A stretch of DNA of 64,000 nt from Chthonomonadales bacterium (GCA_027459625.1 DAIDHP010000008.1:38862-102861), one strand, 5' to 3'. Shown: positions 1 through 9,985, counted from the first letter of the stretch. Notes: generated by a model from the letters alone, not told the origin. Numbers and translations: made by a program.

Positions 1-308
1 ATGAAGCGGGACACGCCGGAGATATCGAAGAAAAAATCAGAGCCATAGAGAATATTGATCGGCATATTGTGGCGACAATCCGAAATCGCATGGAGCATAT
101 GAGCGAGTATCGTATTCTCATAGCTCCAGACCACGCCACGCCGATAATGACCAGAGGCCATAAAGCAAACCCTGTCCCTTGGTTAATCTACGATTCCCGC
201 ACCTCGTCCTCTTTACCGCACTATCCCTTCGATGAGCGAGCGAGCGAGGTGAACGCCCCGTTGATCGAGGAGGGATATCGTCTTATGGATGAGTTGCTTA
301 AAAAGTAG
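1..308 (+). CDS. apgM: Cofactor-independent (archaeal-type, ApgM-family) phosphoglycerate mutase, C-terminal fragment; the 5' end is outside the window
   Basis: Frame 3 is open from nt 3 (EAGHAGDIEEKIRAIENIDRHIV...) and runs through the listed ORF to TAG at 306-308. The EAGH.GD and APDHATP...RGH...PVP blocks match the metal-binding segments I recall for this family. Confidence 0.7.
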   Translation, partial: EAGHAGDIEEKIRAIENIDRHIVATIRNRMEHMSEYRILIAPDHATPIMTRGHKANPVPWLIYDSRTSSSLPHYPFDERASEVNAPLIEEGYRLMDELLKK

Positions 309-313
309 ATATC

Positions 314-1096
314 TTACAGGAGGCTCCTCTCCTCAACGTACCTGCGCTCCATGGCGTCGAGCAGATCGGCGTAATGCCATTGGATTTGGATAGGGATATC
401 CAATTTGAATCTCTCAAGAATCGGTATGGCTAGACGCATAGCGATATGTGTTTGAACCGGTATGGATAGCTCATGGCGACGTTCGTTGAAAAGACGAATA
501 ACTTGGTACTCCTCCGGTGTGAGGTCGTCCATGGAGCCAATCTGTTGCATGAACCACTTCGTTAAAGGAGAGGTGGAGGCGAATTTTCTGGCGGTGGGAA
601 GATCAATCGATCTTTCCTTGATGACTATGGTGCCGGCGGCTAGGTCTCCCAAACGCTTGTATTCGGCGTTGAAGAAAACGCTTATGATGGCGATCCCGTA
701 TGGTGGCGGCATCATGTCAATTATCCGAACGAGGTTGCGCACTATGGAGGAATAGGGATCTATCGGCCACCCTCCATCGCGCACAACCCGCAAATGAGCG
801 ATTTTTTTCCCCGGGGTTTGGCCAGCCCAGAGGATTTCAAAGCAGGAATGATATCCGAAAAAGATGAAGAAATTTACAAGAGCTAAAACCGCAAAAACCC
901 ATAATGGTGCCTCGCCGTGGAAAATCATGCTTACGGGAACGCCAAAAAGCATTGTGCCCGCCATGGACACAAGCATGATAAGGGCCAGCTGTATGCAAAG
1001 ATCCACTGCGGCGGCTATAAAACGAGACCCGATCCCAGCAAGTTCATAGGATATTTCTATGTTTTCTGGAGTCATGAATTGCACGTATCTGCTCAT
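314..1096 (-). CDS. RDD family integral membrane protein
   Basis: ORF 314..1264 trimmed to the ATG at 1096, which has GGAAGG upstream. The long form would overlap the divergent gene at 1135. TM helices plus WAGQTPGKKIAHLRVVRDGG match the RDD-domain pattern. About 110 aa of soluble C-terminal extension follow. Confidence 0.75.
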   Translation of the reverse strand: MSRYVQFMTPENIEISYELAGIGSRFIAAAVDLCIQLALIMLVSMAGTMLFGVPVSMIFHGEAPLWVFAVLALVNFFIFFGYHSCFEILWAGQTPGKKIAHLRVVRDGGWPIDPYSSIVRNLVRIIDMMPPPYGIAIISVFFNAEYKRLGDLAAGTIVIKERSIDLPTARKFASTSPLTKWFMQQIGSMDDLTPEEYQVIRLFNERRHELSIPVQTHIAMRLAIPILERFKLDIPIQIQWHYADLLDAMERRYVEERSLL

Positions 1097-1134
1097 TTGC
1101 AACCTTCCTGATATTACAAGGCGGACACAGTAAA

Positions 1135-2115
1135 ATGGACGAAAGAGAATTTGTTTCACAAAAACAAGCGAGTTGGAAAAGGCTTGATCAAATCTCCAGA
1201 AAAGCTCTCGATAATGGCGGGGTTCGCGCATTATCACGCGAAGAGATACGCGAGTTGGGCCCACTCTATCGACGCGTCTCGTCCGATCTCGCCTACGCTC
1301 GCGCTCACGCCGTGAGCAACTCTCTTAAAACTCACCTGAACACCCTTGTTGCGCAGAGTTATTCGCTCTTATATCAAACTGATACGCGCAATTGGAACGG
1401 AATGCGCAGATTTTTCACCCACGATTTTCCTCAGACCTTCCGACGCAGGATATATTTCTTTTTAACGGCTGTCTTCGCAATGTCTTTGGGGGTACTAATA
1501 GCCTATTTATTGGTGCTCCATTCAAGCAATAATATCAATATCTTCATCCCGCCGGGAAGCATGTTGCATTCATCCATAAAATACTGGGAATCCGGCAAGG
1601 TTTTCCATAAAACGGGAGACGGAAAATCCGCCATGTACGCATCCGCTCTCATGAGAAATAACATCCAAGTGAGTTTCGTGGCTTACGCAGGCGGTATCCT
1701 CGGATGCATTCCCACCCTCATCATGTTATTTTACAACGGCGCCGTACTCGGAAGTCTCGTAGCGCTAATCCATAACGTGCATCAATTCGGCAATTTCTGG
1801 CCAGGCATACTCCCTCACGGCGTGGTGGAGCTTAGTGAAACCTGCATCGCCGGAGCCGCCGGGTTATCCTTGGGGTGGGCTCTTCTAGTTCCATGCGAAT
1901 ATAGCCGAAAGGACGCATTGAAAAGGGCTAGTGCCGATAGTGTCAAGCTCGTTATAGGCGGAGTGTTTCTGCTTATATTCGCCGGATTGGTGGAAGGTTT
2001 TATCTCCCATTCCATGTTGCCAAAGAGCATAAAGCTGATATTCGGACCTCTTAGCGGGGTTGTGTTGTACAGTTATCTATTTCTCTCCGGCAGAGAGCCG
2101 AAAATATCAAAGTAG
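1135..2115 (+). CDS. SpoIIM-like (DUF95) polytopic membrane protein
   Basis: N-terminal soluble helical region followed by a TM core. NNIQVSFVAYAGGILG...LFYNGAVLG...HGVVELSETCIAGAAG resembles the stage II sporulation protein M family. Lies divergent to the RDD gene, as in the conserved RDD/SpoIIM-like pairing. Confidence 0.7.
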   Translation: MDEREFVSQKQASWKRLDQISRKALDNGGVRALSREEIRELGPLYRRVSSDLAYARAHAVSNSLKTHLNTLVAQSYSLLYQTDTRNWNGMRRFFTHDFPQTFRRRIYFFLTAVFAMSLGVLIAYLLVLHSSNNINIFIPPGSMLHSSIKYWESGKVFHKTGDGKSAMYASALMRNNIQVSFVAYAGGILGCIPTLIMLFYNGAVLGSLVALIHNVHQFGNFWPGILPHGVVELSETCIAGAAGLSLGWALLVPCEYSRKDALKRASADSVKLVIGGVFLLIFAGLVEGFISHSMLPKSIKLIFGPLSGVVLYSYLFLSGREPKISK

Positions 2116-3474
2116 CATCCGCTCCTTGATTTCCAGATAACGATTTACAAGTGCCGCGTTTAATTGGTCCGCCGGGGAATCCACAACCAATACGCCTTTA
2201 TGCTGTAATTCCATGGCGACCAATTTCCTGTCATCCAGCGCCTGCATGGCAACGGCTTTCTCATAGGAATCTCTCGAAGCATGGATAGGTTGTCTAGATA
2301 ATCGAAGAATCCTCGTATCCATTAAAGTTACACTGACAATCAGGTGCCTCGTTCTTAGCGATATCAACTCCTCCATTGTCTGACGCGAGGAATCCGGATC
2401 CCATAAATCCGTAAAGCAAACCATCAACGATCGCCTGCGCCAACGAGAGGACATATACGCGAACGCCCCCCGATAGTCCGCTTCCGCTCTCTTCGCCTTG
2501 AGATCATACAGAGCCTCCATCATACGATAAACCTGTCCCCTTCCCTTGTTCGGAGGTATCCAGGTCTGAACGGTGTCCGCGAAAACCAGCAATCCCACGC
2601 GATCATCCGAAAGGCTCGCAACGTATGCAAGCATGAGAGCCGCTTTGATTGCATGCTCGATCTTAGGCTGTCCGTCGATGTTGGCGTACATGGTTCTGCC
2701 TGCATCAATCACCAAAATCACGTTTTGGCTGCGATCCGCTTCATATTGACGGCTAATCAGTTTCCCTCTTTTAGCAGTGGCTTTCCAATCGATGCGTCTG
2801 TATTCATCGTCAGGTAGATAATCTCGCAAGGATTCGAATTCGCGCCCGGCACCTGCCATATGCGACGAGCGAATGCCGATATCATGAAGTCTTCCTCGTC
2901 GAGCCATCAAATTGAATTTGGAGGTGTCCGCAAGAGATGGATACACTTTGACTGACTGGCGGGCTGTTAGACGGAATTGGATTTGAAGAAACCTGAGAGG
3001 TCCTGGTATCTTGCCCCATATGTCGCCGAATTCGAAGCAACCCCGTTGACTGGGGGTAACCTCGTAAGTTACGGTGACCATCTGGTTCGGAGGTAGATAC
3101 ACCATCTCCTGAATGAAGTCTTGAGATAACTCCTTGGGCGGGTAATCCCGAATTAAGAGATGATAACCTCGATTCCCTGGATTGCGAATGTGCAATTTAA
3201 CCTCGGCGGTCAATCCGATTGAGAGTGTGGGTTCCACTTCGCGTATGATATTTATTTGAGAGGGCCTAATTATCGCAAACGCATCCACCAGCGTAAGCAG
3301 AAGCAACATGATGTCCAGTATGTAAGACAAATACTCGGCTCTCCTGAAATGGATGCTGAATATTAATGGAATAGCTGCAATGAGAAGATACGCGAACCAT
3401 CTTTCCGTTAATGTGGTGATAAGATGAATCGAATCCTTGGAATTAGAGGGATTATTTAAGAGTCGGTTTCTCAT
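2107..3474 (-). CDS. DUF58 domain protein (vWA-like; family usually partnered with a MoxR AAA+ ATPase)
   Basis: ORF 2107..3648 trimmed to Met59 (MRNRLL...), 10 nt after the upstream gene's stop. Two N-terminal TM helices. REFESLRDYLPDDEYRRIDWKATAKRGKLISRQYE and VILVIDAGRTM form the DUF58 core as I recall it. Confidence 0.75.
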   Translation of the reverse strand: MRNRLLNNPSNSKDSIHLITTLTERWFAYLLIAAIPLIFSIHFRRAEYLSYILDIMLLLLTLVDAFAIIRPSQINIIREVEPTLSIGLTAEVKLHIRNPGNRGYHLLIRDYPPKELSQDFIQEMVYLPPNQMVTVTYEVTPSQRGCFEFGDIWGKIPGPLRFLQIQFRLTARQSVKVYPSLADTSKFNLMARRGRLHDIGIRSSHMAGAGREFESLRDYLPDDEYRRIDWKATAKRGKLISRQYEADRSQNVILVIDAGRTMYANIDGQPKIEHAIKAALMLAYVASLSDDRVGLLVFADTVQTWIPPNKGRGQVYRMMEALYDLKAKRAEADYRGAFAYMSSRWRRRSLMVCFTDLWDPDSSRQTMEELISLRTRHLIVSVTLMDTRILRLSRQPIHASRDSYEKAVAMQALDDRKLVAMELQHKGVLVVDSPADQLNAALVNRYLEIKERMLL

Positions 3475-3484
3475 GAGGTTTATT

Positions 3485-4672
3485 TTATTGGAGTGACGCC
3501 TCTTTCGCCCATGTCTGTTTTTCCGGCCCGGATAGGTCTCTCCATTTGGATGAGGTAAGTGAAACGACGACTCCACCGACGGAGTTTTGAATCTTGCATC
3601 CTCTAGAAGGCGAAATGAGCATGGGTTGATCCGTGGATGCAGTAACAAAGAACTTCCCGGCAGGTAAAAAGACCCATCCTTTGGATTTCGGGAGATTGAT
3701 CGAGAAGCGATCCAGACTCCTTAAATAAGACGTCAGGGCTTGCAGAAAATCCATTCCGGAATGGGCGCCCGTTGAGGTTTGCGGCAGGTAATCGAGCATC
3801 TTGAAAATAGTTTCGCTGCCCCATGTCTGATCATCGTAAAGAATAAAACCCGTAAATGCATCCATACCCACATGATCCAGTCGCTTGAGCAGGTTAATGT
3901 CGGGACCGATTTCCCTCATGCTATCCAGCAAAGGAGAGATTTGCAAATTACGGTATTCCTTGAGATCCGTTGCGGAGGCGAATGAATATCCATCAAGAGG
4001 AACGATCCCCTTCTCGGCATCGTCCCCAATCCACATATTAAACAGCCTTTCCCCAAGGATGCCGTTCGCCCAACTTTCCGGATCGGTGTATCCGGAAGCG
4101 GAAGGCAGGAGGTAATGCCCATACTCATGAGCTAACTCTCTGTTCCATTCCATAGGAGTGCGCGTCGCGGGATAATCATAGATATATATGTTATTTCTGA
4201 ACTGTTCTCCCCCGGGAGAGCCGGAATTTGTGAGCCAAACGTTCACCGGCGTTCGTCGCAGATTAGCGCAAATGGTTCCGAAATGATTGCTGGCGACGCG
4301 CCATAGAAGTGCATAGAATTTACCCACTCGGCAAGCAAAAGCCTTGCCATCCTTGTCAGTAGTGTGGATGACAAACCTCAAACCGTAAAGGTCATTTTCA
4401 TTCATGTAGACATAGCAGGAAGTATCAAACGGTCTATTGTATTGAGGGTCATAAGATATCTTCAGTTTCAGTGGGATGTATATGCCCCCATCCACCGGAG
4501 GGGGGAGAAGAATGCGTTGACCGGGCAATTGATCCCAATCCTCACGCAATGCGCTGTCCGGAGGTGCGGCAATCGCCTTTGACGCCATTGCCGCGCATAG
4601 GGCGCAAATGGAGATAATAAGGCATATTCCCGGCAGAAACCTAATTGATTGAACTATTTGTTTTCTTCGCAT
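3485..4672 (-). CDS. Secreted hypothetical protein with an HExxH (HEYGH) zinc-metallopeptidase-like motif
   Basis: N-terminal signal peptide (MRRKQIVQSIRFLPGICLIISICALCAAMASKAIAAPP). Single HExxH at ELAHEYGHYLL. No other family recognised. Confidence 0.55.
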   Translation of the reverse strand: MRRKQIVQSIRFLPGICLIISICALCAAMASKAIAAPPDSALREDWDQLPGQRILLPPPVDGGIYIPLKLKISYDPQYNRPFDTSCYVYMNENDLYGLRFVIHTTDKDGKAFACRVGKFYALLWRVASNHFGTICANLRRTPVNVWLTNSGSPGGEQFRNNIYIYDYPATRTPMEWNRELAHEYGHYLLPSASGYTDPESWANGILGERLFNMWIGDDAEKGIVPLDGYSFASATDLKEYRNLQISPLLDSMREIGPDINLLKRLDHVGMDAFTGFILYDDQTWGSETIFKMLDYLPQTSTGAHSGMDFLQALTSYLRSLDRFSINLPKSKGWVFLPAGKFFVTASTDQPMLISPSRGCKIQNSVGGVVVSLTSSKWRDLSGPEKQTWAKEASLQ

Positions 4673-4840
4673 GATCTGTTAAAATACGAGTTATCGCCAA
4701 TATTAGCAGGCGACCATGGTTCATGACACTTAATAACTATCAAGCCCGACTTACAATCACTTTTAAGCTTCCATTCATGGTGATGAATGAAGGAATCGTC
4801 CGATATCCGTATCTCTTGAATCTACCCCAAATGAAAAGTT

Positions 4841-5980
4841 TCAATCAGAAAGTGTGGTAATTTCCACTTCGGGATTCTCCTCGTTAGGCGAGCGATTATC
4901 CCGCCATAGAACGGACACAGGATAGTAATACACACTGCAATGAGTACGTTTTGCTTCGATAGCCTCCTTTAAAACATCCACAGCTAACTCACCGAGTCGT
5001 GCGAAATCGGGTTTGGAGGTGGGAAACAGCGGGCGGAAAAGTCGCGAAACAAGAGGATAGCAATCGAATCCAACGACCCTTATTTCGCCGGGCACTTTCA
5101 CTCCAATGCTCAGCAGTACGTTGATCATCCTCGCCGCTGCGGGATCATCCCAGCATATGACTGCGTCAGGGCGCGGATTCAAATTCATGAGCGCTTGCGC
5201 TACGGATACGAAATCATCTTCTAGATGGCTAATCTCCAGATTAGCGCCTGGCCAATTTAGATAGGTCTCGGGTATATCCAGTTCCGCCTCCTTCATCGCC
5301 GCCTCCCACCCACGCCCTCTATCCATGATCGTATTATGGAGAGTGCGGTGCGATATGTGGAAAAAGGCGATGTTCTTGTGTCCATGGCGAATCAGCAGCC
5401 GTGTCATGTCGTAACCCAAGCGAAAATTATCGAAGTGCACGCGATTGCATGGCCAGGAATCGTACCCTATGTCCATCGACACCAAAGGGATATTTGTATC
5501 CCATGTGTTCAGGTAATCGTTCTCAATCTCGGCAATGTCGCGAACAACGGGATACAAAGCGATTCCTTTAACCCCCGCGAGCAAATGTTTGCTGATTAGA
5601 GATTTTTCCTGTTCCACGGAGTTATCAGAACTGGCAAGTAGCGGCTGATACCCCAACTGCCGGGCGCGTCTTTCCGCTCCAAGGCATACCTGCACAATCA
5701 CCGAAGCATGAAGATTTGGAACGATTAAACTGATATAATCCATTCTCGATCGGCTGCCCACGTAGTTTCGAATATACACTCCGCTCCCTTGCTGGGAATG
5801 AAGATATCCTTCGGCGACTAACTTGGAGAGAGACCGCACTATCGTGGATCGGCTCACCTTGTAACTCTCAGATAGCTCCTCCTGAGTGGGAAGTTTTCTT
5901 ACGTCGGCGTCCAAGGGGTTGGATAGCCAGTCCGCCTTAATCCGTTCTGCGATTTGTATGTATATGGGGGATGATTTCAT
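4841..5980 (-). CDS. AraR-type transcription regulator (GntR winged-HTH N-terminus plus LacI/GalR-like sugar-binding domain)
   Basis: N-terminus KLPTQEELSESYKVSRSTIVRSLSKLVAEGYLHSQQGSGVYI is a GntR HTH. The remaining ~300 aa have a periplasmic-binding-protein type I layout (IALYPV..., VVGFD...). The ATG at 5980 is preferred; a GTG at 5989 is possible. Confidence 0.75.
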   Translation of the reverse strand: MKSSPIYIQIAERIKADWLSNPLDADVRKLPTQEELSESYKVSRSTIVRSLSKLVAEGYLHSQQGSGVYIRNYVGSRSRMDYISLIVPNLHASVIVQVCLGAERRARQLGYQPLLASSDNSVEQEKSLISKHLLAGVKGIALYPVVRDIAEIENDYLNTWDTNIPLVSMDIGYDSWPCNRVHFDNFRLGYDMTRLLIRHGHKNIAFFHISHRTLHNTIMDRGRGWEAAMKEAELDIPETYLNWPGANLEISHLEDDFVSVAQALMNLNPRPDAVICWDDPAAARMINVLLSIGVKVPGEIRVVGFDCYPLVSRLFRPLFPTSKPDFARLGELAVDVLKEAIEAKRTHCSVYYYPVSVLWRDNRSPNEENPEVEITTLSD

Positions 5981-6525
5981 ATTGTCCACAATCCTTGAGA
6001 GTGTATGAAGATGTAGGATTAGATATTGTAAGATCCAGTACTACGGCAACTAATATTGCCATTAAATCCATCAACAAATTTGATGCCTTGTTTGCATTTC
6101 AATAAGCTTATGAAGCATAAGAAGCACGTAGTCCTAAGCTCATCCTTAATCTTGTACCATTCATCACGATCAATAAATACATGGGCTTGCCGCCTTAAGA
6201 GCTGAAATGATGAATCCCAAAGCGAGTTGCAGCTCTTTCACGATTGCCTGAAATGATTATAGTCCAGCGGAAGGTGTCTGTCAACCCGTTCCACTCGGGC
6301 ATATCGAATAAGATTCTTATTTTTTATCATCATCATCATATCCGTATTAGTTTGGCATGTTTTGTGCATAAAAAATGGATAGGCATATCGGTCTATTCTA
6401 AGCTTCCCATTTGATACCGTTAACAGTGACAGGCATGCGGAAAATCAAGGAAAGGAGTGATGCAAAACGGTCCATTGTTTTGACAGTTTCTTTTTTACAT
6501 TTTAGACCCATGAAGAGGAAGAACA

Positions 6526-7605
6526 ATGAAAACACTAGAAAAATTTAAATCAAGCATTGCGATTCATTCAACTGTTGCGTTTTTAACAACATTGTTACTT
6601 TTGTCCACGGAAGGAGCGATTTTCGCTGCAAAGCCCAAACCAAGCGCCAAGCAAAAACCAAAAAGCCACCCCCCCCACTATGTCCTCGGCACAAAACAAC
6701 TCTCAGGAGAGAATGCGATGTTCGGGACGACCTATACACTCGGCAAAGAGAATCCCATGAACATCACGATCAAGAGCGCTGAATACACCGTGGAACCGGT
6801 TCAAATTGGCGATGAGACATATGTGCCTGACGCCAAGGAAAAGCTTCTCGTGTTGCATATGGTCTACCACAATCCCCAAAAAACCGAGCGATCCATACGT
6901 TGGGACTCGTTCAAGTACACCGTAGTCGATTCGGCAAGCAATAACCATGACGGGCTATTGGATTTGGGATCGGAAAAGACAAAATCCAGTGTCTCCATAA
7001 ACCTAAAACCAGCCCAAAAAATCTATGTATACGGGGTTATGACAGTCCCCGCCAAAGGGGAAATGCCCAAACTCATGATTAAAAGTTCCGACAACCTTGT
7101 TCTCAGATATGATTTGATGGACAAGGGAAAAAAGAATAAAGTCAAAGGACTCCAAGCCCCATACGCAGATCCTACCGACCCTACCGGCGCGACAGCATTG
7201 GCGACAGTCAAAGCTTCGCCAAACAACTACTATCCCGTTGGGATGTTCCAGTATAATCTGATCAGATTTGAACCGAGCGATTCGCCGAAAATAGGGGAAA
7301 CGGAGCTATCAGACGGCGAAAAGTTTTTCATCGTGCATTTCAAATTGAAAAACAACTCCGCCAAGATTCAATCATATCGCTGGGATACCCTGAAAGTCAA
7401 ACTTCGAGATGCCGACGGAGTTTCTTTGGGAGAGTGCTCTGACGTGGTGCGTAGCACAAGCGACGCTTCCTTTAGCTCTAGAATGGAACCAGGACAGGAA
7501 CTGTCTTTGCGTTATCTTTTCAAAATCCCTAAAGACTCCCAAGCGAAAACCTTTTCCGTAGCAATACCGGATGGAGGAAGGGTTTTTTCATACGCAACGG
7601 ACTAA
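6526..7605 (+). CDS. Secreted protein with two DUF4352-like (Ig-like) repeats
   Basis: RBS GAGGAA upstream and a signal peptide. Two internally similar ~130-aa modules (KLLVLHMVYHNPQKTERSIRWDSFKYTVVD / KFFIVHFKLKNNSAKIQSYRWDTLKVKLRD), typical of DUF4352. Confidence 0.6.
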   Translation: MKTLEKFKSSIAIHSTVAFLTTLLLLSTEGAIFAAKPKPSAKQKPKSHPPHYVLGTKQLSGENAMFGTTYTLGKENPMNITIKSAEYTVEPVQIGDETYVPDAKEKLLVLHMVYHNPQKTERSIRWDSFKYTVVDSASNNHDGLLDLGSEKTKSSVSINLKPAQKIYVYGVMTVPAKGEMPKLMIKSSDNLVLRYDLMDKGKKNKVKGLQAPYADPTDPTGATALATVKASPNNYYPVGMFQYNLIRFEPSDSPKIGETELSDGEKFFIVHFKLKNNSAKIQSYRWDTLKVKLRDADGVSLGECSDVVRSTSDASFSSRMEPGQELSLRYLFKIPKDSQAKTFSVAIPDGGRVFSYATD

Positions 7606-7647
7606 TTCTCCGACAGCATCTTGGATAACGGCTTAGGGATGACTGCA

Positions 7648-7671
7648 AATTCATACAACGGTGTATGAATT
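7648..7671. terminator. Perfect 10-bp stem / 4-nt loop hairpin between convergent genes
   Basis: AATTCATACA-acgg-TGTATGAATT read directly from the sequence. AT-rich stem with no clean T-tract, so function is uncertain. Confidence 0.25.
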
Positions 7672-7693
7672 GACCCTCCATGCCGTATCCCGG

Positions 7694-7740
7694 AACGCCC
7701 TCCAAACTCCCAGGACGGTGATGGAGGGCGTTAATGTTTT
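7694..7740. terminator. GC-rich hairpin plus T-tract; candidate terminator for the 6526-7605 gene (convergent junction)
   Basis: AACGCCCTCC (7694-7703) pairs with GGAGGGCGTT (7723-7732) across a 19-nt loop, followed by aatgtttt. Confidence 0.4.
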
Positions 7741-7766
7741 GTCACTGGTTAGGAACGGTCGAATTC

Positions 7767-8534
7767 TCACCAACCAAAGTGATTCCTCAGCGTGGTCCTG
7801 CTCATGCCGATGGATTCCAACGGGGTGCGTGCGGTATTATCCTGCTCCACCACGATCCAATCCAAACGAGTTTGTTGAGCCGCTTCAACGCAGGCTTTGA
7901 TATCCACCATACCACATCCTAACTCCAAAAAGATCGGTTTCCCTTCCTCGTTTTTCAAGCCGTCCTTGAAATGAAAATAACCGACTCTGTCCGCATGTTT
8001 TGTTATGAATTCCGCAGGATTGAACCCGGCGAACGTCACCCAAAACACATCCACATTAAAACCCACCATGTGCGGATCGGTTTTCTCCGCTAGAATATCA
8101 ATCCCTCGAACCCCACCCAAATCGTTGAATTCCCAATTGTGATTATGATAGCAGAATCGGATTCCTTCGTCGGCCAACTTTTCGCCGACCATATTGAATG
8201 TCTTCGCTGATTCCTGATACCCCTCCGCCTTCGAAGCGTCGGACACTCCGGAGCAGAGCATATATTTAACCCCCATCGCCTTGCAGTATCGAATGTTCTC
8301 CAAAAGCTGTTCGGCGTTCGAGTAATCGCCATAACCGAAATGCGCGCCAGCCTGGGTTACACCGTACTTCTCCAACAATTTTCGCGCGTTGTCCTCCCCT
8401 TGGGATTTGAAAAGGTTGCCGGATTCCAAGTGATCATAACCCGCCTTCTTGAGGTCTATCAGGATGCTTTCGAAATCCGTTCTGTTTCTCTCACCAAAAA
8501 TAATGCCTTGCAAGCCAATCTTCGGGGCGTTCAT
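7767..8534 (-). CDS. Sugar phosphate isomerase/epimerase (xylose-isomerase-like TIM barrel)
   Basis: AGGAG RBS upstream. 255 aa with the layout and motifs (YHNHNWEF, FHFKD, LELG) that I associate with the AP_endonuc_2 / TIM-barrel isomerase family. Confidence 0.7.
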   Translation of the reverse strand: MNAPKIGLQGIIFGERNRTDFESILIDLKKAGYDHLESGNLFKSQGEDNARKLLEKYGVTQAGAHFGYGDYSNAEQLLENIRYCKAMGVKYMLCSGVSDASKAEGYQESAKTFNMVGEKLADEGIRFCYHNHNWEFNDLGGVRGIDILAEKTDPHMVGFNVDVFWVTFAGFNPAEFITKHADRVGYFHFKDGLKNEEGKPIFLELGCGMVDIKACVEAAQQTRLDWIVVEQDNTARTPLESIGMSRTTLRNHFGW

Positions 8535-8613
8535 AGTTGTCTCCTATCCCAACATTGATAACCTACTTCTGAATTATACCAAACGTGATGTAATCAAGAG
8601 TTGTGTTTTGAGC

Positions 8614-9375
8614 CTAATTGCTCTTGTTTGTGAAAAAAAACACTCCTATGATTGCGGCTACAAGGAGGGCGGAGAGGATCACGGAGGGGAAGACATCCAA
8701 GAAATGAAAAAATAGACCGCAGCCAATCATGCATACGACTATCGCCACCCATAAACGAGCGAATTCGCCCATGTTATGAAAGGAGCGTCCTCGAAACCAA
8801 CCCAACCCCATATCCGCACCGCAATGAATGCATATCGGACTCCCAACGGGTGTCGATTCGTGACAGTTATCACAAAAAACCGTCACGGGTCTAATTTTTC
8901 GTGCCTCCTCTTTTTTCCAGCTTGTCAGAGTTGTGCGATACTGCGTTCCAAGCGAAGGATAATTTTCGAGAATCCAGTCCATTTGCTCGATCGCCTCAGA
9001 CAATCTCCCCATGCGATACAAGGTTTTGGAAAGGTGAAGTCTCGCGCCAACATTCGTTGAATCCTCTTTGAGTTGCCGAATGTAGTTATCATATATCTCC
9101 TTGTCCATTCGTGCAATCTGAAATTTACGCACGGAGTTTCCGATGGAGGTAAAGGAAAGTGCGATGATGCAAAACACGCAAAAATAGATTAACTCCATCC
9201 ATCCGTTTTCATTCAGCATTAGGATAATTAAACCGCACCAGCAGGCGAAGCAGAGAATCGCCAGACCGATATCGATAGCGTCATCCACAACGGCTTGAAC
9301 CAAACCTAAGATCGGCTTTAGAGAGAGAAGTATCGCCACTGCGAATATCATAAGCTTGATGGTGAAATCATTCAT
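8614..9375 (-). CDS. Membrane protein with a TPR-like segment and a zinc-ribbon (CxxC...CxxC)
   Basis: Trimmed to Met20 (GGAG 6 nt upstream). TM helices at both ends, a TPR-like LSKTLYRMGRLSEAIEQMDWILENYP segment, and CDNCHESTPVGSPICIHCG. Confidence 0.55.
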   Translation of the reverse strand: MNDFTIKLMIFAVAILLSLKPILGLVQAVVDDAIDIGLAILCFACWCGLIILMLNENGWMELIYFCVFCIIALSFTSIGNSVRKFQIARMDKEIYDNYIRQLKEDSTNVGARLHLSKTLYRMGRLSEAIEQMDWILENYPSLGTQYRTTLTSWKKEEARKIRPVTVFCDNCHESTPVGSPICIHCGADMGLGWFRGRSFHNMGEFARLWVAIVVCMIGCGLFFHFLDVFPSVILSALLVAAIIGVFFFTNKSN

Positions 9376-9483
9376 ACGGAACTCCGTGACTGAGCGTTTT
9401 CGCAGCATTCGTCGATTTACGCCATGCGTCATTCAATATCCTCAAAGGTGAGATGCACGGATATCAAAGACAGACTTGACTTT

Positions 9484-9969
9484 TTATATATCCTTAGGCG
9501 ATGATTCCCGTTGTCGTTCTCTCTCCAAATCCCGCTTGGCTATATCCTCTCGCTTGTCGTATAACTTCTTGCCCTTTGCCAATCCGATATCCAGTTTGGC
9601 GTAACCATGACGGAAGTAAAGGGATAAGGGGATCAACGCCAGCCCTTTTTGCTCCATTTTGATTTGTATCATTCGAATCTCATTTCGGTGCAGCAATAAT
9701 TTTCTCTTGCGCTTAGGCTCCACGTTCCAATGCGTTCCCATTTCGTAAGGTGCAATATGCATCTGATACAACCAGACTTCGTTGTTTTCCACCTTGCAAA
9801 AGGCTTCCTGAATGCTTGATTGTCCCGCTCGAATGGATTTCACCTCCGTCCCGGCGAGGACAAGTCCCGCTTCGAAAGTCTCCTCAATGGAGTATTCGTG
9901 TCGCGCCTTGCGATTATAGATGACCATGCGCTTGCCATCGTTTTTCTGTTCTTCGTTTTTCTTTTTCAT
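9484..9969 (-). CDS. smpB: SsrA-binding protein SmpB
   Basis: NRKARHEYSIEETFEAGLVLAGTEVKSIRAG...LLLHRNEI...GLALIPLSLYF are canonical SmpB blocks. Start set at MKKKNEEQ (Met23 of the ORF), which matches the family N-terminus. Confidence 0.9.
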   Translation of the reverse strand: MKKKNEEQKNDGKRMVIYNRKARHEYSIEETFEAGLVLAGTEVKSIRAGQSSIQEAFCKVENNEVWLYQMHIAPYEMGTHWNVEPKRKRKLLLHRNEIRMIQIKMEQKGLALIPLSLYFRHGYAKLDIGLAKGKKLYDKREDIAKRDLERERQRESSPKDI

Positions 9970-9976
9970 GTAACGA

Positions 9977-9985
9977 ATTATACCA
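9977..9985 (-). promoter_or_regulatory. Extended -10 element (TGGTATAAT) 7 nt upstream of the smpB ATG
   Basis: The minus strand reads tttGGTATAATtcgttacATG. This fits TGnTATAAT. The -35 is poor (GAGAAT). Confidence 0.35.

Noticed and set aside
2107-3648. N-terminally extended ORF versions from the track: DUF58 513 aa, RDD 316 aa, RuvA 256 aa, LptD-like 803 aa, YncE-like 376 aa, LacZ 1069 aa, SmpB 183 aa.
   Set aside because: The extensions overlap neighbouring genes, are Arg/His-rich with no homology to the family N-termini, and precede internal Met codons. Those internal Met codons have an RBS, a signal peptide or a family-typical start, so internal starts were used.
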